Below are positions 49,992 to 58,891 of a DNA stretch of 64,000 bases, one piece after another. The DNA is from Candidatus Cloacimonadales bacterium. Its GTDB lineage: Bacteria; Cloacimonadota; Cloacimonadia; Cloacimonadales; JAIOQZ01. Each line of letters starts with the position of its first letter. The stretch's first letter is position 1. A model generated the notes under the pieces. It did no database searches, was not told the DNA's origin, and was given only the letters and a program-made list of their open reading frames with translations. A program made the position numbers and the translations under genes. The stretch is taken from contig CAXXTU010000001.1 in NCBI GenBank assembly GCA_963662655.2, positions 72,083 through 136,082 on the forward strand. The letters are read 5' to 3'.

Positions 49992-50501
49992 TTACAATTC
50001 AATCCAATACTGCCGGAACAGCATACCTTCATACGTGGAAGTGGTGAATTCCCTCACGCCGTTGTTCTCGATTGTTTTGGCCGAACCGATATTGTCGTCG
50101 TTGCAGGTGATGAACACACGGTCATAGCCTTTCTCGCGAGCCACATCCAGCATCATCTTCAGCATCATAGTTGCATACCCTTTCCGCCGCTCGGATGGAC
50201 GAACGATATATCCGATGTGACCACCGAAGTGCTTCAGGAAGTCGTTGAGCTCGTGCCGGAAATGGGTCGAGCCATAGATTCGCCCCTTATCGCTGACCAT
50301 GAAATACAATGTCGATGGCATCCAACCGTCAGGACAATTCTCTACCATCGTCTCGTCTCTCCATTGCTCAACCGTCTCCTCGAATGAACATGTCTCCCGC
50401 ACAAGCACCGACGGCACACTGATTTCTCCCGCCTCATCCAGCTCTCGGATGTAATCGTTGTATTCTTTCTCCGTAATCTTGTCGTATGGCACCAGTTTCA
50501 C
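49992..50501 (-). CDS. GNAT family acetyltransferase, tandem paralog
   Basis: 'GGHIGYIVRPSERRKGYAT', 'NIGSAKTIENNG'; 3' end nearly identical to the neighbour at DNA level. Confidence 0.9.
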   Translation of the reverse strand: MKLVPYDKITEKEYNDYIRELDEAGEISVPSVLVRETCSFEETVEQWRDETMVENCPDGWMPSTLYFMVSDKGRIYGSTHFRHELNDFLKHFGGHIGYIVRPSERRKGYATMMLKMMLDVAREKGYDRVFITCNDDNIGSAKTIENNGVREFTTSTYEGMLFRQYWIEL

Positions 50502-50548
50502 GATTTCTCCTTTCGTTTGAACAAAAGACCTCCGAGAGGTTATTCTCC

Positions 50549-50590
50549 ATCCTGTAAATCATGTAAATCCTGAGAAATCTGATTCAGACA
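50549..50590. repeat. Short 9-nt tandem repeat ending in a mini-palindrome
   Basis: ATCCTGTAA ATCATGTAA ATCCTGAGA AATCTGATTCAGACA. Confidence 0.5.
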
Positions 50591-50595
50591 AACAT

Positions 50596-50621
50596 AAAGG
50601 GGAGAACCGAAGCTCTCCCCT
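50596..50621 (-). terminator. Rho-independent terminator of valS
   Basis: Minus strand AGGGGAGAGC-TTCG-GTTCTCCCCTTT about 20 nt after the valS stop. Confidence 0.75.
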
Positions 50622-50640
50622 GAATCTATTGCGATAATTT

Positions 50641-53289
50641 CTATCTCAAATCTTCGAGAAGAGCCCGAGTCTTTTCAAGCGTGACACGAACTTCCTCATA
50701 CTTTTCCTTCTCTTTATCGACAACCTCTTGAGGAGCGCGAGCGGTGAAACTCTCGTTGTTCAGCTTGCCCTCGATGCGCTTCAGGTCTTGCGAAAGCTTT
50801 CCTTCCTGCTTCTCGAGACGCGCGATTTCGCCGTCGATATCCACCAAACCCGTCAGCGGCAGGTAAATCTCGATATCGGTTACTACATCCGCAAGAGAAG
50901 GCTTCGGACGTGCCACATCGGTTCCGACTGTCATCTCTTCGATCTTTGCCAGCTTGGAGAAGTAACCGAGATTCTCTTCGATGATCGATTTCTGTTCACC
51001 GGTGGCAACCCTGATCGAGACGTTGACCATCTTGCCCGGCGCTATACCCATCTGCTTGCGCAGGTTACGGATACAACTGATGCAATCCTGAACGAGTTGC
51101 ATGTCGCTCTCGATGGTTGCCTCGATCATTCCATCGTCGCAAACCGGATACTTGGCGATGATCAGCGCTTCCTCTTGCAGCGGCATCTGCTCCTTCAAGC
51201 TCTGCCAGATTTCCTCGGTAATGAACGGCATCAGCGGATGAAGAAGCCGCATGGAATGCTCCAGCACGTGCAGAAGGATGTACTTCGCTGTGCGTTGCGC
51301 CTTCTTGTTGTCCTCGTTGTAAATACGATCCTTGCTGAGCTCCAGATACCACGAGCAGAACTCCTTCCAGATGAATTCCTGGATGAGCTGCGCGGCATCG
51401 TTGAACCGAACGTTGGCAAAATCTTCGTTCGCCTGCTTTGTCACCTGATTCAAGCGAGAAAGAATCCATTTGTCAGCAAGCTCCAGCTCGAGCTCGTCTT
51501 CCTTCGGGAGCCCTTCGATCTTCTCCACGCTCATCATGATGAAGCGATACGCGTTCCATATCTTGTTCGCGAAATTGCGTCCGTTCTCGATGACAGATTC
51601 CGAGAAGTAGCTGTCCTGACCGCGCGGCGTATTGAAGATCATGCTGAAGCGGAGCGCGTCGGCGCCATAGATCGCGATGAGGTCGATCGGATCGGGCGAA
51701 TTGCCCAGCGACTTGCTCATCTTGCGGCCCTGCTCGTCCAGAACCATCCCATGCAGGAACACGGTATCGAACGGAATCTTGCCCGTGAACTCCAGCGTAG
51801 ACATGATCATCCGCGCCACCCAGAGGTAGATGATTCCGGGCGCGGTAACCAGCAAATTCGTCGGCAGGAAGTACTCGAGGTCCTGCGTCTTCTCCGGCCA
51901 ACCCATCGTCGAGAAGGGCCACAGCCATGAGGAAAACCAGGTATCGAGCACGTCTTCGTCCTGACGGAGTTTATCGCTTCCGCACTTCGGGCAGGTTGTC
52001 GGATCCTCTTCGGAGACGATCATCTCGCCGCATTCGCAGTACCACGCAGGGATGCGATGTCCCCACCAAATCTGGCGAGAGATACACCAGTCGCGGATGT
52101 TCTCCATCCAGTGCAGGTAAACCTTCGTCCAGCGCTCTGGAATGAACTTCACCTCTCCCGAGTTCACCACGTCGATTGCGGGTTCGGCGAGCGGTTGCAT
52201 GCGCACGAACCACTGATCGGAAAGATAGGGCTCAATGACGGTTGCACAGCGGTAGCAATGTCCCACCGCATGCTGATGATCCTCGATCTTGTTCAGAAGC
52301 CGCTGCTGCTTGAGCAGTTCAACGATCTTCTCACGGCAGGCGAACCGGTCCATGCCCTTGAAGAGCGGACTCGCGTTCTCGTTCATGATGCCGTGATCGT
52401 CCATCACGAGGATGGGCTCCAGACCGTGGCGCTGTCCCATCATGAAGTCGTTGGGATCGTGCGCCGGGGTGATCTTCACGCACCCGGTTCCGAAGTCTTT
52501 GTCGACGTATTCGTCCGCGATAATGGGAATCTCTCGCCCGACGAACGGCAGCAGCACCGTCTTACCGATCATGTGCTTGTAGCGCTCGTCGTTCGGATTC
52601 ACCGCCACCGCAACGTCGCCCAGCATGGTTTCCGGTCGGGTGGTGGCGACGGTCACGAAGTCGCTTCCGTCACTGAACGGATAGCAGAGGTACCAGAGTT
52701 TTCCGGTCTCGTCCTCGTGATCCACTTCGTCGTTGGAGAGCGCGGTATTGCATCGCGGACACCAGTTGATGATGTAGTTGCCCTTGTAGATCAGGTCCTT
52801 TTCATAGAGGTGCACAAACACCTTGCGAACCGCGCGAGAGAGCACGTCGTCCATGGTGTAACGCTCGCGTGACCAGTCGCAGGAAGCGCCGAGCTGCTTG
52901 AGCTGCTCGATGATGCGACCGCCCTTCTGCTCCTTCCATTCCCAGATGCGTTCCACGAGCTTCTCGCGTCCCACGTCGAAACGGGTGAGTCCCTCTTTCG
53001 CGAGCTCCTTCTCCACCACGTTCTGCGTGGCGATTCCGGCGTGGTCCACACCGGGGAGCCAGAGGGTTGGCCTACCGGTCATGCGCTGATAGCGCACCAT
53101 CACGTCCTGATAGGTGTTGTTGAGCACGTGGCCCATGTGTAGGATGCCGGTCACATTCGGCGGCGGAATCAGGATGGTGTAAGGCTCCTTGTCCTTGCCG
53201 ATCTTCGGCGTGAACATGCCCTTATCCATCCAGTATTTATACCACTTCTTCTCGGTGGCTTGCGGTTGATATATTTTCTCGATATCCAT
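50641..53289 (-). CDS. valS: Valine-tRNA ligase
   Basis: 'PPPNVTGILHMGH', 'TTRPET', 'DWCISRQIWWGH', 'KMSKS', C-terminal coiled arm. Confidence 0.99.
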   Translation of the reverse strand: MDIEKIYQPQATEKKWYKYWMDKGMFTPKIGKDKEPYTILIPPPNVTGILHMGHVLNNTYQDVMVRYQRMTGRPTLWLPGVDHAGIATQNVVEKELAKEGLTRFDVGREKLVERIWEWKEQKGGRIIEQLKQLGASCDWSRERYTMDDVLSRAVRKVFVHLYEKDLIYKGNYIINWCPRCNTALSNDEVDHEDETGKLWYLCYPFSDGSDFVTVATTRPETMLGDVAVAVNPNDERYKHMIGKTVLLPFVGREIPIIADEYVDKDFGTGCVKITPAHDPNDFMMGQRHGLEPILVMDDHGIMNENASPLFKGMDRFACREKIVELLKQQRLLNKIEDHQHAVGHCYRCATVIEPYLSDQWFVRMQPLAEPAIDVVNSGEVKFIPERWTKVYLHWMENIRDWCISRQIWWGHRIPAWYCECGEMIVSEEDPTTCPKCGSDKLRQDEDVLDTWFSSWLWPFSTMGWPEKTQDLEYFLPTNLLVTAPGIIYLWVARMIMSTLEFTGKIPFDTVFLHGMVLDEQGRKMSKSLGNSPDPIDLIAIYGADALRFSMIFNTPRGQDSYFSESVIENGRNFANKIWNAYRFIMMSVEKIEGLPKEDELELELADKWILSRLNQVTKQANEDFANVRFNDAAQLIQEFIWKEFCSWYLELSKDRIYNEDNKKAQRTAKYILLHVLEHSMRLLHPLMPFITEEIWQSLKEQMPLQEEALIIAKYPVCDDGMIEATIESDMQLVQDCISCIRNLRKQMGIAPGKMVNVSIRVATGEQKSIIEENLGYFSKLAKIEEMTVGTDVARPKPSLADVVTDIEIYLPLTGLVDIDGEIARLEKQEGKLSQDLKRIEGKLNNESFTARAPQEVVDKEKEKYEEVRVTLEKTRALLEDLR

Positions 53290-53375
53290 CGATTACTCCT
53301 ATGTATGCAAATCATTGGGACTGCTACCAGCAGTCAATCTTTTTTATGCCGCTGTTGTTTCGGTTGCTACACAGA

Positions 53376-53523
53376 TCACTCTGACTACCTCAATGTCACT
53401 CTGACTACCTAAATGTCACCATGACTACCTCATTGTCACTCTGAGCGGAGTCGAAGGGGCATTCTCACTACCTCAATGTCAGCATGACTACCTCAATGTC
53501 ACCTTGAGCGGAGTCGAAGGGGC
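53376..53523. repeat. Composite tandem array of 20-nt units and REP-like units
   Basis: Five TCACTCTGACTACCTCAATG-like units interleaved with two TCAC(TC/CT)TGAGCGGAGTCGAAGGGGC units. Confidence 0.85.
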
Positions 53524-53601
53524 ATACAACTGGCAACCCAAACACAGCGAGAGCACGTTATGATTCTTGTGGAAAATTGTAAGACCTGCCTGTTAAGTGG
53601 T

Positions 53602-54132
53602 TTACGCGAGTCCCTTGAGCTTCTTCGCCTCTTCGATGAAATGGCGATGCGAAGCAAAGGCGATCGGCGGCAGGTCGCTTAGAGGGACGAAACTGGCTTC
53701 TGCAGCGTCATCCCCTGCAAGAAGCCGACCTCCCTCGGCCTTCATGAGAAAGCCGAACGAAAGAATGCTTTGATAGAGTGGAGAAGAGCCCGTGAAATAC
53801 CCCAGGAACCGCTCGTTGCGCCCGATGAGACCGGTTTCCTCTTCCAGCTCGCGCACAGAGGTTTCCTCCGGCGTCTGGTCGATCTCGATGTAGCCGCTGG
53901 GAAGCGCCCACTCACCCGCCTTGGGCTCGTTCTTGCGAAGGATGATCAAGAGGCGGTCCTCCTCATCGAAAACCACGCACGCCGCCGCCGGCACCGGGTT
54001 CTTGTAGTAAACCCAGCCGCAACTGTGGCAGTGCGGGCGCTCGCGTCCCTCGTGGTCGCGCCGAATATACAGCTCGCCGCCACAACGAACGCAGTAGTTG
54101 ATTCCTTCGTAGGTCGCTTTCGTGTATTCCAT
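53602..54132 (-). CDS. NUDIX hydrolase with N-terminal zinc ribbon
   Basis: 'CVRCG...CHSCG', 'NPVPAA', Nudix box 'GYIEIDQTPEETSVRELEEETG'. Confidence 0.92.
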   Translation of the reverse strand: MEYTKATYEGINYCVRCGGELYIRRDHEGRERPHCHSCGWVYYKNPVPAAACVVFDEEDRLLIILRKNEPKAGEWALPSGYIEIDQTPEETSVRELEEETGLIGRNERFLGYFTGSSPLYQSILSFGFLMKAEGGRLLAGDDAAEASFVPLSDLPPIAFASHRHFIEEAKKLKGLA

Positions 54133-54487
54133 AGCCAAATAGCTTACTCACCGGGATTTTTTGTCAAGGGGGAAATATAGAATTACTTGACACGAATCAT
54201 TCACAAACAAATATTTAATAAAATTGCCAGCATTGGATTGTCTTAGCTCACTTTCTTGTCGTATCCTTAGTCCATTTTCTGACTAATGTAATTAATCTAA
54301 ACGGACAGGAGGCAATTATGGGAATAAATGCTCAAATAAGTGCTGGCTTCAAGGTTTCTCCACCATGTCTGGGGCGATAAGGAGAGACCTTAGCTTTGGC
54401 TTTGTTGAGCATTGAGCTAAGCGACAGCGATATACTGGAGACATGGGGAGGGAACTTCCCTCCTCGCCCCGCCAACAAGGAGAAGAT

Positions 54488-55255
54488 ATGAGCAGTAATA
54501 AGAAAGGCATTTCAACTTCAGTGATAAAACGACTATGTGCGACATCACACAATCAATGTGCTTTTCCGGGATGTAATCAAGAGCTTTATTTCGAAGATGC
54601 AAGCCTTGGTCAAATCTGCCATATCAAAGGGGAGAATCCATCTTCTGCGAGATACGATGAAAAACAATCTAGTGAAGACAGGCAATCATTCAGTAACCTT
54701 ATATTGTTATGCCCCAATCATCACAAAATCATTGATGACAATCCAAACAAATATACCACTGAATTCCTTTACAATATGAAAGAGAAACATATCGGTGCAT
54801 TTCCTTATGAATCCAACAAGGTTGATCCAAAGTGGGTTGAGCTACTCAAACAAAAACTTTCAATAAAAATTGAAACGAATGAAGCCCCAATCTTCACACA
54901 GAATCTTACAATAAAGCAATCAAAAGGTGCGATAAATAAAGTCCCACTCGAAGGTTCTATCGGCGCAAGTGAGGAACATAGAGCATATATAAAGTATTTA
55001 ATTGATAGGTATCATAAATGTGCAACCGAGGGAATCCATCAAAGGAAAGATTTCAGTTATGCTGTCATATACGTTAATATACGAAAAAAGTTCGGGAATA
55101 ATTGGGACCGGATTAAGATTGAACGATTCGATGATTTGGTAAAGTATCTTCAAGGGTGTATTGACAGAACAGAGTTTGGACGTAATAATAAAAAGGGAAA
55201 TGAACGAAATTTCCACTCTTTCGACGAGCACATAACGATAATGATTGGAAAATGA
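54488..55255 (+). CDS. HNH endonuclease domain protein with an uncharacterised C-terminal domain
   Basis: 'CAFPGC', 'ICHIKG', 'NLILLCPNHHKIID'; ATG 54488 after AGGAG; AT-rich relative to flanking genes. Confidence 0.8.
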   Translation: MSSNKKGISTSVIKRLCATSHNQCAFPGCNQELYFEDASLGQICHIKGENPSSARYDEKQSSEDRQSFSNLILLCPNHHKIIDDNPNKYTTEFLYNMKEKHIGAFPYESNKVDPKWVELLKQKLSIKIETNEAPIFTQNLTIKQSKGAINKVPLEGSIGASEEHRAYIKYLIDRYHKCATEGIHQRKDFSYAVIYVNIRKKFGNNWDRIKIERFDDLVKYLQGCIDRTEFGRNNKKGNERNFHSFDEHITIMIGK

Positions 55256-55458
55256 TATACTAAGTGAGTAATCTTCCTGTCGAATGATATGTTTTCTCAC
55301 AGTGAAAAGAAATGTTCACTCATCCCCTTCTTTTCCGTTATCCCCCTCCCCCCTCCCCCAGCTTTTTTCTTGACGAAAACGAATCCGCAAGTAAATTGAG
55401 TACAGACGATTATCATGATCCGAGTTTCCTTGGAAAGAACCTACATTTTGGAGGATAA

Positions 55459-55950
55459 ATGCAAAAGTTTTCACTGAACGAAGTCATCGAAATGGCGGTA
55501 CAGATCGAGCAGAGCGGCTACAGCTACTATGATAAGGCGTTGCAGCGCAAGGACCTCGACGAAGAGGCGAAGAACCTGATCACCTTCCTTCGCGATGAAG
55601 AAATCCGGCACGAAAAGACCTTCATGGCCCTGCGCGACCACCTGGACGAAGTCGAGATCGAGCAGTCGCAAGACTGGGATGTGGTGGGCTCCTACATGCA
55701 GGCCATCGTCGATTCGCGCATCTTCTCGTCGCCTGCGTCGGCCATCCAGACCGCGATCGAAGCCAAGAACGTCACCGAGGTACTCCTGAACGCAATTTCG
55801 TTCGAGAAAGACACCCTTCTTTACTTCCACGCCCTCGACGACCAGGTCAACGGCGGCAAGGCGAAAGAAGCCATTCGTATCATCATCAACGAAGAAATCA
55901 GCCACGTTCGCAAACTGAACGAGTTCAGGGAGCAGCTTCTTCATTCCTGA
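55459..55950 (+). CDS. Ferritin-like / rubrerythrin-family protein
   Basis: Paired motifs 'AVQIEQSG..YY...EEIRH' and 'AISFEKDT..YF...EEISH'. Confidence 0.88.
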   Translation: MQKFSLNEVIEMAVQIEQSGYSYYDKALQRKDLDEEAKNLITFLRDEEIRHEKTFMALRDHLDEVEIEQSQDWDVVGSYMQAIVDSRIFSSPASAIQTAIEAKNVTEVLLNAISFEKDTLLYFHALDDQVNGGKAKEAIRIIINEEISHVRKLNEFREQLLHS

Positions 55951-56033
55951 TCCAACCTGCATTTCTCAACGCTAATGGCGATCGAACCGGTGCGATTCTC
56001 GAGATCCTTCCCTTTCTCGCCACAGGAGTAACT

Positions 56034-56855
56034 ATGTTTTTCAATGACATCCTAAGCAAGCATTTGAAGTCGGAGAAGAATCCGATCAATCGAATGTATC
56101 TCAACACGATCAACATCAAATGGAAGAAGGTGGACAAGGCCGCGGAAGACCTCGCCGAAGGAACAACCGGCATGAAGGAATTCGTGGAAGCGCTCAACGA
56201 TTTCTCCATTGAGTTGCTCAATCCCAAGTATCGTTTCGATCGCGCCACCAAGAGCGGGTTCAAGACGAGCCACGAGATTTTCTCCGTCGCGTATCTGGAG
56301 GATCTCCTCACCCTCTTGTTGAATCGACACGAGATTTTCAACGTCAGCGGTATCAAATGGGGCTACCAGCGCTTCTGCCTGGATCTGAGCTTCTTCCAGA
56401 AGAACCTCTTGAACGAAAAAGATTCCAAAACGCAGTTCAAGGAATCGCCGCGCTTCCTGATGCTCGCCCAGCAGATCGATCTTCAGTTCCGGCTCAGGGG
56501 CAGACGCAACTTCAACAAGTACCAGGTCACCATGCCCATGCTGATTTTCCATACCTTCCGCAACTTCATGGAAGAGCACTTCATCCGCGTCGATTATTAT
56601 TCGCGCCTTGCCAAGATGAGCTACGACCAGTGCAAGAACATCGTCGTCTGCGAAACCATCGACGAGAATTTCTACCCCGAGCTGGAAGACTCGCACATCG
56701 ACAACATCTTCCTTCTGCGCCGGCAGTCGCGCAATGGCCAAACCAAGGATTTCTCGCTGGACATCGTGAACAGCCTGGACGAGAAGTTGACTGAATACCT
56801 GCAAGAAGAGAAGCAGGACAAAAAGCAAATCATAAAAAGCGGAATGATCGAATAA
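56034..56855 (+). CDS. Hypothetical protein resembling the Bpu10I restriction endonuclease family, apparently degenerate
   Basis: RBS AGGAG; 'NIVVCETID...IDNIFLLRR' and the terminal 'IIKSGM' recall Bpu10I-family C-termini (from memory, not searched). Confidence 0.55.
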   Translation: MFFNDILSKHLKSEKNPINRMYLNTINIKWKKVDKAAEDLAEGTTGMKEFVEALNDFSIELLNPKYRFDRATKSGFKTSHEIFSVAYLEDLLTLLLNRHEIFNVSGIKWGYQRFCLDLSFFQKNLLNEKDSKTQFKESPRFLMLAQQIDLQFRLRGRRNFNKYQVTMPMLIFHTFRNFMEEHFIRVDYYSRLAKMSYDQCKNIVVCETIDENFYPELEDSHIDNIFLLRRQSRNGQTKDFSLDIVNSLDEKLTEYLQEEKQDKKQIIKSGMIE

Positions 56856-56865
56856 AGGAGGAACC

Positions 56866-58878
56866 ATGCCCGAACTCAAGGCGCCAATCCAAATCACGCT
56901 ATCCGATGTACTTCCCGAGAAGAAGACCTTCGAACCCGGAATCAGAAGAGCGCCCAGCCGCGGATTCAACCTCAACAAACGTGAAGCTGCCCTCGCGCTG
57001 AAAAACGCGCTGAGATACATCCCCGAATCCCTGCACGAAGCACTCGCTCCCGAATTCATGGAGGAGCTCAAGACCATGGGGCGCATCTACGGCTATCGAT
57101 ACCGTCCCGCAGGTAAACTGAGCGGAAAGCCCATCGACGCCTACAAGGGATCGGTGGAGGGCCGCGCGTTGCAGGTGATGATCGACAACAACCTCGATTT
57201 TGACGTCGCGCTGTACCCTTACGAGCTGGTCACCTACGGCGAAACCGGTCAGGTGTGCCAGAATTGGATGCAGTATCAGCTTATTAAGAAATATCTCGAG
57301 ATCATTACGGAAGACCAGACGCTCGTCGTCTCCTCCGGCCACCCGGTGGGCCTGTTTCCCTCCAAGCCGGACGCCCCGCGCGTGATCTCCACCAACGGCC
57401 TCATGGTGGGCCAGTGGGACGATCCCGAAAACTTCCGCAAACTTACCGCGCTCGGTTGCACCAACTACGGCCAGATGACCGCCGGCGGATGGATGTACAT
57501 CGGTCCGCAGGGCATCGTCCACGGAACCTACATCACCGTGTTGAACGCCGCGCGCAAGTACCTCGGATTGCCCAGCGACAAGAATCTTTCCGGCATTTGC
57601 TACGCGACCTCCGGTCTCGGCGGAATGTCGGGTGCGCAAGCCAAGGCGATCGAGATCGCCGGCGGAATCGGCATCATCGCGGAGGTCGAGTACAGCCGCA
57701 TCGAGACCCGCCACTCGCAGGGCTGGGTCGGCAAGGTTTCCGACAATCTGCATCAGGTTTTCCAATGGGTGGACGAATACAAGAAGTCCGGCGAAAGCGT
57801 ATCGATCGCCTACCACGGGAATGTCGTCGACCTGCTCGAGTACATAGACGAACATGACATCGATATCCCGCTCATCTCGGATCAGACCTCGTGTCACGCC
57901 GTTTACGAAGGCGGATACACACCGGTCGGCGTTTCCTTCGACGAGGGACGCAAGATCATGAACGACGATCCGGATAGATTCAAGGAACTGGTGGACGAAT
58001 CGCTCCTCCGCCACTTCCAGGTTATCAAACGCCTAACGAAAAAGGGAGCGTACTTCTGGGATTACGGCAACAGCTTTATGGCTTCCATCTTCGAAGCCGG
58101 CGAGAAGACCATCTCCAAGAACGGCGTCGATACCAGCGAAGGCTTCATCTGGCCATCCTACGTGGAGGACATCATGGGCCCGATCTGCTTCGATAACGGC
58201 TACGGCCCTTTCCGGTGGGTATGCCTGAGCGGAAAGGAAGAAGACCTGAAGCTGACAGACAAACTCGCGATGGACTGCATCGACCCTGATCGCAGCCCGC
58301 AGGACTTCGACAACTACCACTGGATCCGAACCGCAGAGCAGAACAAGCTCGTGGTGGGAACCAAGGCCCGTATCCTCTACGCCGACGAAGAGGGACGCGT
58401 CCGCATCGCGCTGAAGTTCAACGAGATGATCCGGAAAGGCAAGCTTGGCCCCGTCATGCTGGGACGCGATCACCACGACGTCTCCGGCACCGACTCCCCC
58501 TTCCGTGAGACAGCCAATATCTACGACGGGAGCAATGTAACGGCGGATATGTCGGTTCAATGCTTCGGCGGAAACATAGCACGTGGCATGACGCTCGTCG
58601 TTCTGTCAAACGGAGGCGGCGTAGGTATCGGGAGAGCAAGCAATGGCGGAAACGGCATTGTTCTGGACGGCAGCAAGAAAGCCGACACAATTATTCGTCA
58701 AGCGCTTTCATGGGATGTGATGGGCGGTGTTGCCCGTCGTAACTGGGCTCGCAACGAGAACGCGATGAAGACGGTGAAAGACTGGAATAGAAATCACGAA
58801 GGCGAGGGTCATATCACGGTTCCGTACCTTACGGACGAAGCAATGATCCAGAACCTTATCGATAAAAACATGGATTGA
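56866..58878 (+). CDS. hutU: Urocanate hydratase (long form)
   Basis: 'GRIYGYR', 'NNLDFDVA', 'GQMTAGGWMYIGPQGIVHGT', 'GLGGMSGAQ', 'SDQTSCH', 'GRDHHDVSGTDSPFRET'. Confidence 0.97.
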   Translation: MPELKAPIQITLSDVLPEKKTFEPGIRRAPSRGFNLNKREAALALKNALRYIPESLHEALAPEFMEELKTMGRIYGYRYRPAGKLSGKPIDAYKGSVEGRALQVMIDNNLDFDVALYPYELVTYGETGQVCQNWMQYQLIKKYLEIITEDQTLVVSSGHPVGLFPSKPDAPRVISTNGLMVGQWDDPENFRKLTALGCTNYGQMTAGGWMYIGPQGIVHGTYITVLNAARKYLGLPSDKNLSGICYATSGLGGMSGAQAKAIEIAGGIGIIAEVEYSRIETRHSQGWVGKVSDNLHQVFQWVDEYKKSGESVSIAYHGNVVDLLEYIDEHDIDIPLISDQTSCHAVYEGGYTPVGVSFDEGRKIMNDDPDRFKELVDESLLRHFQVIKRLTKKGAYFWDYGNSFMASIFEAGEKTISKNGVDTSEGFIWPSYVEDIMGPICFDNGYGPFRWVCLSGKEEDLKLTDKLAMDCIDPDRSPQDFDNYHWIRTAEQNKLVVGTKARILYADEEGRVRIALKFNEMIRKGKLGPVMLGRDHHDVSGTDSPFRETANIYDGSNVTADMSVQCFGGNIARGMTLVVLSNGGGVGIGRASNGGNGIVLDGSKKADTIIRQALSWDVMGGVARRNWARNENAMKTVKDWNRNHEGEGHITVPYLTDEAMIQNLIDKNMD

Positions 58879-58891
58879 TTGGGGGAGTATC

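Noticed and set aside
50728..52872. Long antisense ORFs over valS (similar ones overlie mnmG, hutU, feoB and the DUF4175-like gene)
   Set aside because: Shadow ORFs from GC-rich codon bias opposite well-supported genes; no recognisable motifs.
53376..53523. Possible CRISPR array
   Set aside because: Units are contiguous tandem repeats without unique spacers, and there are no cas genes in the window.
53290..53600. T-box leader upstream of valS
   Set aside because: No T-box consensus or terminator/antiterminator was recognisable on the minus strand; the region is occupied by tandem repeats.
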